Notes: generated by a model from the sequence alone, not told the origin. Positions 24,514 through 37,121 are shown, numbered from the whole stretch's first letter. The stretch: 63,617 nucleotides of DNA, filler included, from Octopus bimaculoides (GCF_001194135.2; 3 parts of 3 records of this genome joined end to end with filler, not necessarily neighbours in it); one strand, 5' to 3'. Translations and numbers: made by a program.

Positions 24514-26964
24514 ATATGTGGGTATACAATAGAATCGTCAGTATTTTTAAACTCTGGGCTGATTCTGTTTCATTGATACACAGAACATTATATACTTACA
24601 AACGGTTAGCAACTTAAGCTTCTATAATGTTTTGATTAAAATCATCTCCAGATCTATCACTGTTGCCAGTTACATCAACTGAAGAGTGAACATTTTGTAT
24701 ACCATCACCACCAGCACAGCATTGTATCTTCAGTTATTTAACTTTCAATAGTCCTCATCAAGTGATCCTATTAATATGACTTAGTCTCAAAAAGAATAAA
24801 AAGTACCAACATAGAAATATTTTTTTTTAAATATATTTTTCATATTGTATTTAATGTACATTAAATACAATCAGAAACAGTCCAAAGCAGTTATTTAATA
24901 AAATCACAGCAAACTCTATAGCTTCACAGTATTTTTCCATCCAAGTGATACCTGAAATATTCCCAGCTCACAGAAATGAAAACAAAAAAAAAAACAAAAA
25001 CAAAAAAAAGGAAAAGAGTAAGAGATATAAAAGAATTAACAGGATATTAAATAAATGTGTTGTCAGTATGGTACAGCAGATTTTAATAACATTATTTAGT
25101 AGATTAAGTAACAAGTTCAATATCAACAAGGAGTTGTTATTTGATAAGTCTTTGCATGAAAAATGTGTATAGCATATTTGGAATGTTATTAAGTCCCCAG
25201 CTCAATGAAATTAGGACAATTGGCTGGGGATTATAGAGGAACCCTTCTTATTGAACTTTATCTAATATACTCAGTGTAAGTTTTAGGGAGCAAAGCTTGG
25301 CACTATGATTATAACTAATAAGGGTTTGTGAGATTATGATAACAGGGTAGACTTGTGGAGACATGACAAAAATTATATATTCTTTTAATGTTAATTTGTT
25401 TCCTTTTTATGGTGTATCAATAAATAACGAATGTTTAAGGTAGAAATGTGTCTGGATTAGCAGATGTTAGTAACCAGAAGATTTTCTTAATTTCACTAAC
25501 TGTGATTTGTTTGAAATCATAGTCGCATCTTTCTGATGTTGAAGTTGTTGATGAAGTTAAGATGCTACTATGATGATAGCCAACAGCTGTTATCTAAATT
25601 TGGCCAGCACAATGTGACAGCAGTCAAATTTCCCACACTAAGCTGCCTTCCCATTCTCTTTTAAAAGGGATCACATCAGTTATAATGAAAGCTCCCATAT
25701 AGTTGCTGTACATAATCTCTCAACCAAATTTCTTTCAGTAAACTGATGACAACTATGTTTCCTGGTGAAAAAATCTCTGGACAATAAACTCCACAGTAAA
25801 AACAGAGGAGATAACAATAGCTAGAAATCAGACTCTTGATCGGCAACAAGAGTACCATAGGTTTTGATCTGAGTGTGGCTTGTCAAATGCTAATCACAAA
25901 ATAAATATTTGCTAAAGTTATAGTATATAAATGAATGATGAAGTTGGAAGATCAGAAGAATTAGAAAAGCGGAAACAAAATAGCAATCATTGAAAATATG
26001 TATAAAAGATGTATATGTTATGAAGCTTAGGTTGCACAAGTGTTTGATATACACTGGGAGATATCCATAAAGAACTGAAGAGTACATCATTTCAAAAAAA
26101 CAAATGAAACAAAAGCATGAATGTGATGGTTTGGAATGCGACTTCTCTTTGGAATTACTGGAGCCAAAGCAGCCCCTTTAACTCCTTAGTTATATTTCCA
26201 GAAATGGCTTAGCATCTGTGCTTTTATAACTAATATGATAACTTGCTGTTACTTAAGGAGTGAAGGTCTACAAATACAGGGTTATTCGTCTCCTCTACTA
26301 AGAGAGCAAAACCCTTGAAAGTTAAATCTTTTAAGTACATGCCAGTCACTACATGTTACTAAAACAACAATAAATCTTAATTATTATTTTTAATGTATAT
26401 ATATATTAACTTTTTCTCATTTAATACTTATCAGTTAGTTATTTATCTATAATTTGATAATTAATCAAACCCATTTTTGTTCTCTTGAAATACTTTCAGA
26501 AATTCTGTATCGTAATTTAACTTAGTAATAAAAACAAAACTAGATTGGCTGCTACATCCACTAGGCAACATATTTTAATTAGATTAAATGTCAAAAATAA
26601 ATAGAATGCAGAGACAAGGCACAAGCAATAAATGATGAGAAGTGATTTCTAAATCACTTCTGATCATTTAACGAGGTTATTGTACACAGTGCTCAAGTGC
26701 ACGACTATACTGTGGTAGCCCTATCATTAAATGCTGCTATCAAGCTATAAAAGATAAAATGAATATAACAAAGAGTTTCCACTGAAGACAATGAATGAAT
26801 ATATGGCCAACATCTTGATCAAGTGGTCACTTAAAAAAAAAACAAAACCTAACATTCTTTGATACAAAGAGCTCACAGAGGCTAATGAATGGAAAACAAA
26901 AAGTAGGCACTTGAAAATATATGTATTATAACCTCTTAAAATACCTACATAATTTTGATCAGGA

Positions 26965-27214
26965 GGCAACACTTACCCCCACTTAAACATGGATGTTCTG
27001 TTAGAACAATCTATACTGCAGTAGTTAGCATGAGAAAATCTCCCATATTGGCTTTTGTTGCAAAATGCACTCACTCTTGCTAATATCATTAGTGGAGAGA
27101 TAAACAATGGTGCATTTTGCAACAAAATGCCAATATGAGAGTTTCTCTCATGGTATTTACTGCAGTAAAGTTTGTTCTACAGAACATCCACTTTTAAGTG
27201 GGGATAAATATTAC
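26965..27214. mobile_element. Foldback MITE with arms of about 100 bp
   Basis: The arm CCCACTTAAACATGGATGTTCTG..TTGCAAAATGCAC is mirrored by GTGCATTTTGCAAC..CAGAACATCCACTTTTAAGTGGG. Confidence 0.82.
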
Positions 27215-27432
27215 CACTCAGTATTAATATTGCCTCTGTCGCTAATATATAATTTTGATCAGGTCTGGTAATACAAACAGGAAATTAGAAGTCAAGACAG
27301 GAGTTTATGCTTTTTATTTAAATCAGCAGAAGTTACAAACTGACTCAAAAGCTGAGAATTTTGTGCAAAATACGAAACTCTTGGTTCTTGAATCATTTAG
27401 TAAATTCTGCCAATCAAAATAAAAAAAGATAT

Positions 27433-27905
27433 TTAATTTTGATGTGATTTAGAGCATAACAATGAATGATCTTTTGGATATGAAATTCCACTATTTACTT
27501 GGTCTATTTTTGTAATATTTTTGAAATTTTGATATTTTCGTAGACATTTCCGATAGCCAAATTTTAATATTGTTATCCAGAATGCCCAAGAGATCAAATA
27601 GAATGTGACACTAGCGACACGCATGAATATTGGTATGTGTGGCATCGACAGGTAACAGTAGAGTAGGTTGCTGCCGACTACAATACGTACATAAGTGAAG
27701 GTGAAAATAAAAGCAGCATCAACCAAATCCGCAATAGCTGTGTCACGGTTACCAGAATATTTGAGAAACCATCGACACTGCAAGAAGGGATTGCTGATTT
27801 CAGATCCGAAGATGGTAGCTACAATTTCTGTGCCATATGAACCTGTAATCAAGCAGATGGCCAGAGCAATAATTGATACAAAGTGGTGACACAGCATCGT
27901 TTGAC
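27433..27905 (-). CDS. TLCD5: Terminal coding exon of a TLC-domain membrane protein (TLCD5/TMEM136-like)
   Basis: The ORF reads MLCHHFVSI..GTEIVATIFGSEISNPFLQCRWFLK..DAAFIFTFTYVRIVVG..YLISWAFW, collinear with vertebrate TMEM136 as recalled (MLAHH..[30 protein letters not shown]..YAVSW). A strong minus-strand acceptor (poly-T..tttgtag) precedes 27905 in phase 1. The stop TAA is at 27435-27433, and a candidate AATAAA lies at 27318-27313. Confidence 0.9.
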
Positions 27906-28278
27906 CTACAAAGACAAAAAGAAAAAAAAAAAAAAATTAGTTTTGCTCCAGCTGGCCACAGTCGAATGACTGAAACAAAAAGTAAAACAAACTTAAGGGT
28001 GGCTGTTTATACCTCTTCCCCATGTGTGTAAATCTATAATCTAATAAAATCCATCCATGATCATCCTGTTATTTTTTATTCAAGCATAGTTACATTTTTC
28101 AATGTATCCCTTTTTATGATGGTAGGGTGTGATATGACAGATTTTGCTATTATTTCTAGCAAGTCTAGAGTTCTTGTAGATAACTCTTCTTTGGCTCAAC
28201 AGAAGCTCGTTAAAATTTAGGAATTTACATAATAATGTCACAAATTCTCAATGTGTAGTGACCATAGCAACAATGATT

Positions 28279-28664
28279 GTTGTTGGCACTCCATCGCTTA
28301 CGATGTTGAGGGTTCCAGTTGATCCGATCAACGTAACGGCCTGCTCGTGAAATTAACGTGCAAGTGGCTGAGCACTCCACAGACACGTGTACCCTTAACG
28401 TAGTTCTCGGGGATATTCAGCATGACACAGTGTGACAAGGCTGGCCCCTTTTGAAATACAGGCACAACAGAAACAGGAAGTATGAGTGAGAGAAAGTTGT
28501 GGAGAAAGAGTACAGCAGGGTTCGCCACCATCCCCTGCCAGAGCCACGTGGAGCTTTAGGTGTTTTCGCTCAATAAACACTCACAACACCCGGTCTGGGA
28601 ATCGAAACCGCAATCCTATGACTGCGAGTCTGCTGCCCTAACCACTGGGCCATTGCGCCTCCAC
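28279..28664 (-). mobile_element. Full-length tRNA-headed SINE (family E) with a 13-bp TSD, in the TLCD5 intron
   Basis: Head GGAGGCGCAATGGCCCAGTGGTTAGG and an (AAC)n tail. AGCAACAATGATT occurs at 28266-28278 and at 28665-28677. Confidence 0.88.
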
Positions 28665-30083
28665 AGCAACAATGATTAACTATCAAATAATCCAATCCAC
28701 CTATCATCTAGCTGTCAATAGATATCACAATTTATTGCATGGACTGTAGCAGCAATGTAAAATTGGTATCAATTTTTCTAACTTGCAGAAGTAAAGTTCA
28801 GCTTCATCATGAAGGGCTTGCCAGACAGATTAGTCTTAAGCAGACTGCAGAAAGTTTAAAGCAGTGCATATACGACCTAATAAGCTATTGTCTCCGTTCA
28901 CTTAGCTGTTGGAAAAAGATAGCAGATAGTTTGAATATGTCACTCAGTCCACCAAGGAAAAATTCTATTTCTTATCTTCTTAACAACATGGAATGACTCT
29001 TAAAGCTTTTCAAGTTTATATTTATAAATTAAGACCCTGTTGAACAACATGAGATAAAATCCTTAATTTTAAGGCAATACAGAACCTTTGTACAATAGAG
29101 TCGTATACACTACTTAAGGGACACAGTATGATAAGAATGGAAAGTGTCTAAATAACTTTTAAATCTTAAGAGGTTTTTTAAGGATGGACATGTAGCTCTG
29201 ATTTCTTGGTATGACATAAATGTGAGTTAAATCTATTCCTGGATAGGATTGCAAATCATCAGATGATTTGGTACCGATTCCTTGATATATATAAATTTGA
29301 ATTTATGTCTGCAGCCACTAAGAAAACTAGGGGTACACAAAGGACTTGCGAAAGCAGGATAAGTCCTATGTAGACCAGTAACTGGTTCATTACAGATCTG
29401 TAGCTATCACAGAATTCATATAAAAAAATGGTAAATGAATAAGTACTGGATAGGACAAGATAAAGAAAAAAGGCAGAGAGGTGGAAACGAGAATTAACTG
29501 AAGGATTTGTGTCTATGTACACTGCTAAATATAAATGTGTATGTACATATACGTTTAAGTAGGGGATAAGATAAAAAGAGATAAAGATTAAGAAACAGAA
29601 TGATTGCACAAAACAACCACTAACACACAAGCTGATGCATAAACACATACATATGTAAGTATTTATTAAATACCTATGTACATGTATATGCATGCATATA
29701 TATATATATATACATGTGTGCATCGAGGTGTCTGCATATGTGTATGTCCAATATACATATGTTAATGAAGGACTGGAAAACAATGAAGTGTGATGAGGGA
29801 AGGGTTAGAGTAAAGGGACATAAAGGAGAAAGGGAGAAGGTTTAAAGGTCAACTAATAAAAAAAAATGTGCAGTAGTGGTGGGGGAGAATATCCTCAAGT
29901 ATAGGGAACATAGTATAAGTATACAATGATAAGAGAACTATGCAGAAATATGAGTGCATTCACCTAGGTGCACATAAGCATGGTATTTCTTGAGTTTTAT
30001 AGTGTTGAATTTAAATATTCCTTCCAGCCTGGAGTGGGTTAGAGGAAACCATTTCAGTGTAGAGTCTATAAAAAATCATACAC

Positions 30084-30520
30084 TGGCTGTGTGGTAAGAA
30101 GCTTGCTCACTAACCACATGGTTCCAGGTTCAGTCTCACTGCATGGCACCTTGGGCAAGGGTCTTCTACTGTAGCCTTGGGCTGACCAAAGCCTAGTGGG
30201 TGGATTTGGTAGAAGGAAACTGAAAGAAGCCTGCGATATATAGATATATATATATCAAAATTGAACCACACCACAATTAAATGGAAATTGTAATTGTGGC
30301 TGATGCCAATGCCGCCTGTCTGGCTCCCCGTGCTGGTGGCACGTAAAAAGCACCCACTACACTCTCGGAGTGGTTGGCGTTAGGAAGGGCATCCAGCTGT
30401 AGAAACTCTACCAAGTCAGATTGGAGCCTGGTGCAGCCTCCTGGCTTCCTAGACCCCAGTTGAACCGTCCAACCCATGCCACCATGGAGAACAGACATTA
30501 AACGATGATGATGATGATGA
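30084..30520 (+). mobile_element. Composite: family A head and core, (TA)n, and RTE 3'UTR with (GAT)n
   Basis: AAATGGAAATTGTAATTGTG at 30279-30298 is identical to the LINE 3'UTR at 7755-7774. Confidence 0.8.
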
Positions 30521-30536
30521 TTATATATATATATAT

Positions 30537-30636
30537 NNNNNNNNNNNNNNNNNNNNNNNNNNNNNNNNNNNNNNNNNNNNTTAATTAATTAANNNNNNNN
30601 NNNNNNNNNNNNNNNNNNNNNNNNNNNNNNNNNNNN
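30537..30636. other. Artificial scaffold spacer N44-TTAATTAATTAA-N44
   Basis: Exactly 100 nt, and the 12-mer has stops in all six frames. Confidence 0.9.
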
Positions 30637-30694
30637 TATATGTGTGTGCCTGTATGTGTATGCATGTGTGTAAATAGATTGATAGACAGATAGA

Positions 30695-30742
<48 letters not shown>

Positions 30743-30770
30743 TAGATAGGTAGAGCGACAGACATACAGT

Positions 30771-30809
<39 letters not shown>

Positions 30810-31352
30810 GTGTGTATCTATGTATGCATGTACGTACGTATATATGTATGTTTGAGTGAAATGTCTCTGTTCATACAGCTTTTAAATTACCATTGTGACA
30901 AAACATATACGCAACAATAATGCAAGAAAAAGAAAGAAAGAAAGAAAGAAAGAAAGAAGGAAAGAAAGAAAGAAAGAAATTGAATGTCATAAAACTCGAG
31001 AAGAAATTTGGTGAAGACAATAACGTCTGTTTTAATATCACCAAATATAAAAATGATTTAACTAGTTTAAATAAAAGAAAAAATTACGCAATATTTATTT
31101 GGTGTAATTTGAATGATTTCGCTAAATTTCTACGAAAATCAATGGGAACAAAAAGTCTGAGAAAATATAACGAGGAATTTGGAGTGAAGTCAAGATTCAT
31201 TTTGATCAGACATATATGCGAGAATTTTTTTTTTTAATTGTTTGTTTTTTTATTTATTTATATAGCTATTATTCACTTATTATTTTTCCTGAATTTAATG
31301 GAGTTCCTAGACAACAAAGGAGAATGAAATGAAAGCGGATTTGGTTTATTTA

Positions 31353-31383
<31 letters not shown>

Positions 31384-31644
31384 ATGGATGTATATATATG
31401 TGTGTGTGTGCATGGATGTATATATATANNNNNNNNNNNNNNNNNNNNNNNNNNNNNNNNNNNNNNNNNNNNNNNNNNNNNNNNNNNNNNNNNNNNNNNN
31501 NNNNNNNNNNNNNNNNNNNNNNNNNNNNNNNNNNNNNNNNNNNNNNNNNNNNNNNNNNNNNNNNNNNNNNNNNNNNNNNNNNNCATATGCGCGAGTGTAT
31601 ATTGATGTATATACAAATATGTGTGTGTGAGTGTACGTGTATGC

Positions 31645-32084
31645 AATATTTCTTTTCTACTCTAGCTAGGCACAAGGCCCGAAATTTGGGGGGAGGGGTC
31701 CAATCGATTAGATCGACCCCAGTACGCAACTGGTACTTAATTTATCGACCTCGAAAGGATGAAAGGCAGAGTCGACCTCGGCCGAATTTGAACTCAGAAT
31801 GTAAAGACAGACTAAATACCGCTAAGCATTCCACCCTGCGTGCTGACGTTTCTTATTTCTTTATTGCTCACAAGGGGCTAAACGTAGAGGGGACAAACAA
31901 GGACAGACAAAGGGATTAAGTCGATTACATTGACCCCAGTGCGCAACTGGTACTTAATTTATCGACCGCGAAAGGATGAACGGCAAATTCGACCTCGGCG
32001 AAATTTGAACTCAGAACGTAGCGGTAGACGAAATACCACTAAGCATTTCGCCCGGCGTGCTAACGATTCTGTCAGCTCGCCGCC
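31645..32084 (-). mobile_element. Head-to-tail dimer of family C SINEs
   Basis: Two copies of the body TTCTGAGTTCAAAT..GTCGA..TTCATCCTTTCG..GTCGATAAATTAAGTACCAG with different tails. Degenerate copies lie at about 10915-11110, 12160-12300, 14813-14994, 15855-16030, 35340-35470 and 46610-46815. Confidence 0.8.
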
Positions 32085-32234
32085 TATAAGACTACATGTA
32101 TGCATTCTAATTAAAATTCAGAAAATGTAGCATTAATATAATTTATTAACTGCAAAAATCTAACGTTCTCTTACAGCTGTTTCAATTTTGCTCAAAGATT
32201 AAATTCCAATAATTAAATTACTGTTATGTGCAAA

Positions 32235-32377
32235 TTCTCATCAGAGAAGTAGAAGAGACATACGGTTAGGTTATCATGTGTTACGTTTCCGAATCATCTC
32301 AATACTCTGTTGAGATGATTTGGAAATATAACACATAATAACCTAACGGTATGTCTTTTCTACTCCTCTGTTGAGAA
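32235..32377. repeat. 143-bp hairpin (68-bp arms, 7-nt loop)
   Basis: The arms 32235-32302 and 32310-32377 are reverse complements with about 8 mismatches. Confidence 0.85.
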
Positions 32378-32640
32378 ACGCCAAATGTCTTGTAAATTCC
32401 ACGCAGCCTTGACTTTGTTGTCACATTTTATTTAACGTAGACATGCTCATAGAAGACCCGCATTAGACTCCTCACTCGTACTATTATGGTGCTGGGAGTC
32501 TAACTACGGTTCACCCGTAACACTTACACAGCCTTACCTATCCTGTGTCATCTGGATACCATACATACATACATACATACATACATACATACACACATAC
32601 ATACATACATACATGCATATGTATATATACATACGTACAC

Positions 32641-32711
<71 letters not shown>

Positions 32712-32716
32712 TATGT

Positions 32717-33050
32717 GAAGGTGCATGGCTCAGTGGTTAGAGCGTCGTGCTTACGATCGTGAGGTTGTGAGTTCGAATCCCGGACCGGGCTGCGTGTTGT
32801 GTTCTTGAGCAAGACTCTTTATTTCACGTTGCTCCAGTTTATTCAGCAGTAGAAATGAGTCGTGACGTCATAGGGGCCAAGCTGTATTGGCGTTTACCTT
32901 TCCCTTGGATAACATCGGTGGCCTGGAGAAGGGAGGCTGGTATGCATGGGCGACTGCTGGTCTTCCATAAACAACCTTGCCCGGGCTTGTGCCTGGGAGG
33001 GTAACTTTTTAGGTACAATTCCATGGTCAATCATGACCGAAGGGGGTCTC
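32717..33050 (+). mobile_element. Full-length tRNA-headed SINE (family B)
   Basis: A box TGGCTCAGTGGTTAG and B box GAGTTCGAATCC. A related copy lies at 13035-13240 (minus). Confidence 0.82.
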
Positions 33051-33121
33051 AGCGTATACATATATAAATATATATATTATATACATGTACATATATGTAT
33101 GTATGTATATATATATATATA

Positions 33122-33306
33122 TGGGAGAATATACAAATAACAACAACAGACGAGGACAGGTGGTGTAAATAACAAAAGTATATATTAGTATGACGCTCGG
33201 GAATACGGAAAGTCTTTGACGTTTCGAGCTACGCTCTTCAACAGAAAGAATACGGAGACAAGGAGAAAAACACGGAAAAAAAATTGAATAGTGTTCAGTC
33301 AACGGT
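33122..33306 (-). mobile_element. About 185-bp hammerhead-bearing interspersed repeat (family F)
   Basis: Homologous over its length to 48727-48910, and both copies sit in (TA)n. Confidence 0.7.
33213..33249 (-). ncRNA. Minimal type I hammerhead-like motif, A6U core variant
   Basis: Minus strand TCTTT CTGTTGA A GAGC GTA GCTC GAAA C GT C AAAGA: 5-bp stem I, 4-bp stem II, palindromic ACGT stem III and a GUC triplet. Confidence 0.6.
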
Positions 33307-33307
33307 C

Positions 33308-33338
<31 letters not shown>

Positions 33339-33357
33339 TAGATAGATNNNNNNNNNN

Positions 33358-33434
<77 letters not shown>

Positions 33435-33579
33435 TACACATACATATATACATATATGTATGTATGTGCATATATACACACTTCTCTATATATACATATG
33501 TATGTATATATGTATATACATACATATATACATATGTGTATGTTTATGCATATATATACACACACGTATACACATATAC

Positions 33580-33696
33580 CTGGCATCGTACGATAACAGC
33601 CAGGAGAAAGACACCACAGAGCAGACTAAGGCAGGCATCGATAAACACAGATAAACAAAGCATCACCTTCCAGCAGATGACATCATCACAGATGCA
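33580..33696 (-). CDS. Candidate 117-nt internal exon, hydrophobic peptide (CICDDVICWKVMLCLSVFIDACLSLLCGVFLLAVIVRCQ)
   Basis: Acceptor attctgttcag and donor CAG|gtatat, with one open frame in phase 0/0. No homology was recognised, so it may be chance. Confidence 0.22.
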
Positions 33697-34660
33697 CTGA
33701 ACAGAATATATTTATCATCGATCTGAGGAGTTTTTATTTTGTTGTTTGTTGTCGCTGTATTGTTGTTGTTTTAGCGGTTGCTTAGCATCCTCTCAGCTCT
33801 GCTTCTGTAGAACTACGATCAAAGGCCAGTCAATCAACCGTGAACTTATAAACAATTTTTCAAGCTCATCTCTTTCAATATTATCCGTTATTTCATTTCC
33901 TCATTTGCATTAAAAATGGTGTTATTAGATCATTTCAGCGATGTTTTACTGCTATTTCTAGCAAGTCATGCGACCACCCAAGATGCCTTTTTGTTGCATG
34001 TTTTGCATTAGTCTTGTGAATGTTGATATATTTGAAGGGTCACTGAAAGACATTAAACTGTCTGATCTCCGTTGGAGCACGTGTGATTCTGTCGGTAGGT
34101 GTCGAAACCATGACCTTCACATGACAGCTGATGATGGGAATGACCTGTAGCATTAGCAGTATATAGACCAATATACGAATGGCATGATATACATATACAT
34201 GTTTGTGTGTGTGTGTGTGTGTGTGTATTTACATGCAAAAAATTACATATGTGTAGGCATATATATATATGAATATATATATATATATATATANNNNNNN
34301 NNNNNNNNNNNNNNNNNNNNNNNNNNNNNNNNNNNNNNNNNNNNNNNNNNNNNNNNNNNNNNNNNNNNNNNNNNNNNNNNNNNNNNNNNNNNNNNNNNNN
34401 NNNNNNNNNNNNNNNNNNNNNNNNNNNNNNNNNNNNNNNNNNNNNNNNNNNNNNNNNNNNNNNNNNNNNNNNNNNNNNNNNNNNNNNNNNNNNNNNNNNN
34501 NNNNNNNNNNNNNNNNNNNNNNNNNNNNNNNNNNNNNNNNNNNNNNNNNNNNNNNNNNNNNNNNNNNNNNNNNNNNNNNNNNNNNNNNNNNNNNNNNNNN
34601 NNNNNNNNNNNNNNNNNNNNNNNNNNNNNNNNNNNNNNNNNNNNNNNNNNNNNNNNNNNN

Positions 34661-34693
<33 letters not shown>

Positions 34694-35165
34694 CATGTAT
34701 GTATCTCTGTACGTGTTAGTCTTTCTGTGTCTGCATAAGCATTGTTTACGTCTGTTTTTTGACGAATCTCTATGACAAGTGAATATTAACAGCGTTGTAT
34801 ATTTGACATATTTTAGGTCGATGACATCTCAGACTATCTTTTGTACCTCTGTGCATATGTGTGTAACTGAGTGTGCGTATGGAAGCGCATGTGTACGTGC
34901 ACACGTGTGCTTTTTATAATCTACACGGAATTACTCCATTTTTCCCAAGACAGTTTCTCTCAAAAAAAATAATAGCAACATAAGTTGAGCGTGACATAGG
35001 TCGCTTTGCAACTACGTAGTTTCGAATCCAACCTCACAGCATGGTACCTTGGGCCGTACATACCGTGCCCCCGGGCAGATCAATACCATTGAGAGTGGAT
35101 TTGATAGACAATAACTGCGTGGAAGCTCATTGTATCTACATAAATATGTGTCGGTCTTTCCCTAC

Positions 35166-35202
<37 letters not shown>

Positions 35203-36305
35203 ACACACACACACACACACAAACACACACAAACATCACTCGACGACCAGTCATGGTTTGTTTACGTTCCCGTAACTTATTGCTTTGGTAAATGAGGCCG
35301 ACATATGCATCTAGACCTAAGAAAATAATCACGCGGGTCACTTTGTTCGAGTTCAAATCTTGGAGAGGCTAACTTTGCTTTTTATCCGTTCAAGGTCATT
35401 TAAATAAAGTTTCAATCAAGTACTGGAATACATGTTATTGACTTGTCTCCTCCCCTCAAAAATTGCGGAACTTAAACCCTGAAACGGATTAACGGCCTGT
35501 TCAACAAATGTGATTTCAGTCATATACCATGAAAGCCGATTAAACAGCCTTATGGCTATTAGGGCTCATNNNNNNNNNNNNNNNNNNNNNNNNNNNNNNN
35601 NNNNNNNNNNNNNNNNNNNNNNNNNNNNNNNNNNNNNNNNNNNNNNNNNNNNNNNNNNNNNNNNNNNNNNNNNNNNNNNNNNNNNNNNNNNNNNNNNNNN
35701 NNNNNNNNNNNNNNNNNNNNNNNNNNNNNNNNNNNNNNNNNNNNNNNNNNNNNNNNNNNNNNNNNNNNNNNNNNNNNNNNNNNNNNNNNNNNNNNNNNNN
35801 NNNNNNNNNNNNNNNNNNNNNNNNNNNNNNNNNNNNNNNNNNNNNNNNNNNNNNNNNNNNNNNNNNNNNNNNNNNNNNNNNNNNNNNNNNNNNNNNNNNN
35901 NNNNNNNNNNNNNNNNNNNNNNNNNNNNNNNNNNNNNNNNNNNNNNNNNNNNNNNNNNNNNNNNNNNNNNNNNNNNNNNNNNNNNNNNNNNNNNNNNNNN
36001 NNNNNNNNNNNNNNNNNNNNNNNNNNNNNNNNNNNNNNNNNNNNNNNNNNNNNNNNNNNNNNNNNNNNNNNNNNNNNNNNNNNNNNNNNNNNNNNNNNNN
36101 NNNNNNNNNNNNNNNNNNNNNNNNNNNNNNNNNNNNNNNNNNNNNNNNNNNNNNNNNNNNNNNNNNNNNNNNNNNNNNNNNNNNNNNNNNNNNNNNNNNN
36201 NNNNNNNNNNNNNNNNNNNNNNNNNNNNNNNNNNNNNNNNNNNNNNNNNNNNNNNNNNNNNNNNNNNNNNNNNNNNNNNNNNNNNNNNNNNNNNNNNNNN
36301 NNNNN

Positions 36306-36612
36306 CGTTGTGAGTGTTTATTGAGCGAAAACACCTAAAGCTCCACGTGGCTCTGGCAGGGGATGGTGGCGAACCCTGCTGTACTCTTCCACCACAACTT
36401 TCTCTCACCCTTACTTCCTGTTTCTGTTGTGCCTGTAATTCAAAGGGTCAGCCTTGTCACACTGTGTCATGCTGAATTTCCCCGATAACTACGTTAAGGG
36501 TACACGTGTCTGTGGAGTGCTCAGCCACTTGCACGTTAACTTCACGAGCAGGCTGTTCCGTTGATCGGATCAACCGGAACCCTCGACGGCGTAAGCAACG
36601 GAGTGCCCACAA
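36306..36612 (+). mobile_element. Family E SINE, 5' end in a gap
   Basis: Closely matches the reverse complement of 28279-28600. Confidence 0.85.
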
Positions 36613-37063
36613 CTTTAGGTGTTGAAAAACACTAGCAGTCATTTCAAGGCGAACTTTAACATAATTGATGAATGCATTTCTAGCTTCTCAGCTTATCATC
36701 AACACTGTTGTACCGCAAAGTGAAACAACCCTGAAATGACTTTAGAAACCTTTGTTTCCCTTAGCGGAAATTAGTATCGAAACATGAACTTACTTCGTGC
36801 GACGTCGGCTGAGGCTAGAACAAATCACTGAAGCTGACACCTGAATGCAGTCGTGTTGCAAGTAAACAAACATTTTTAGATCACTTAAGTAAATATGTTT
36901 GGGACATATTTGACCTGTGCAAAGGCCATATTAACTGCTCTTAGCTTTCAACAACAGGTGATGAAAATCACCAGCAGTCCTTTTTCAACACGTTTCACTG
37001 AGGTTGCAAGTCTCTCTCTCTCTCTCTCTCCCTTTCTATCTTTCTTCGTCACTAACTTTGTAG

Positions 37064-37121
<58 letters not shown>

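Noticed and set aside
27695-27889. Plus-strand 64-aa ORF
   Set aside because: It is the antisense shadow of the TLCD5 exon.
29259-29783. 174-aa hydrophobic ORF as an upstream TLCD5 exon
   Set aside because: It is half microsatellite and contains no TLC-family motifs in the frames checked.
30581-30592. TTAATTAATTAA as a biological motif
   Set aside because: It is a synthetic spacer centred in Ns, repeated identically at 49409-49420.
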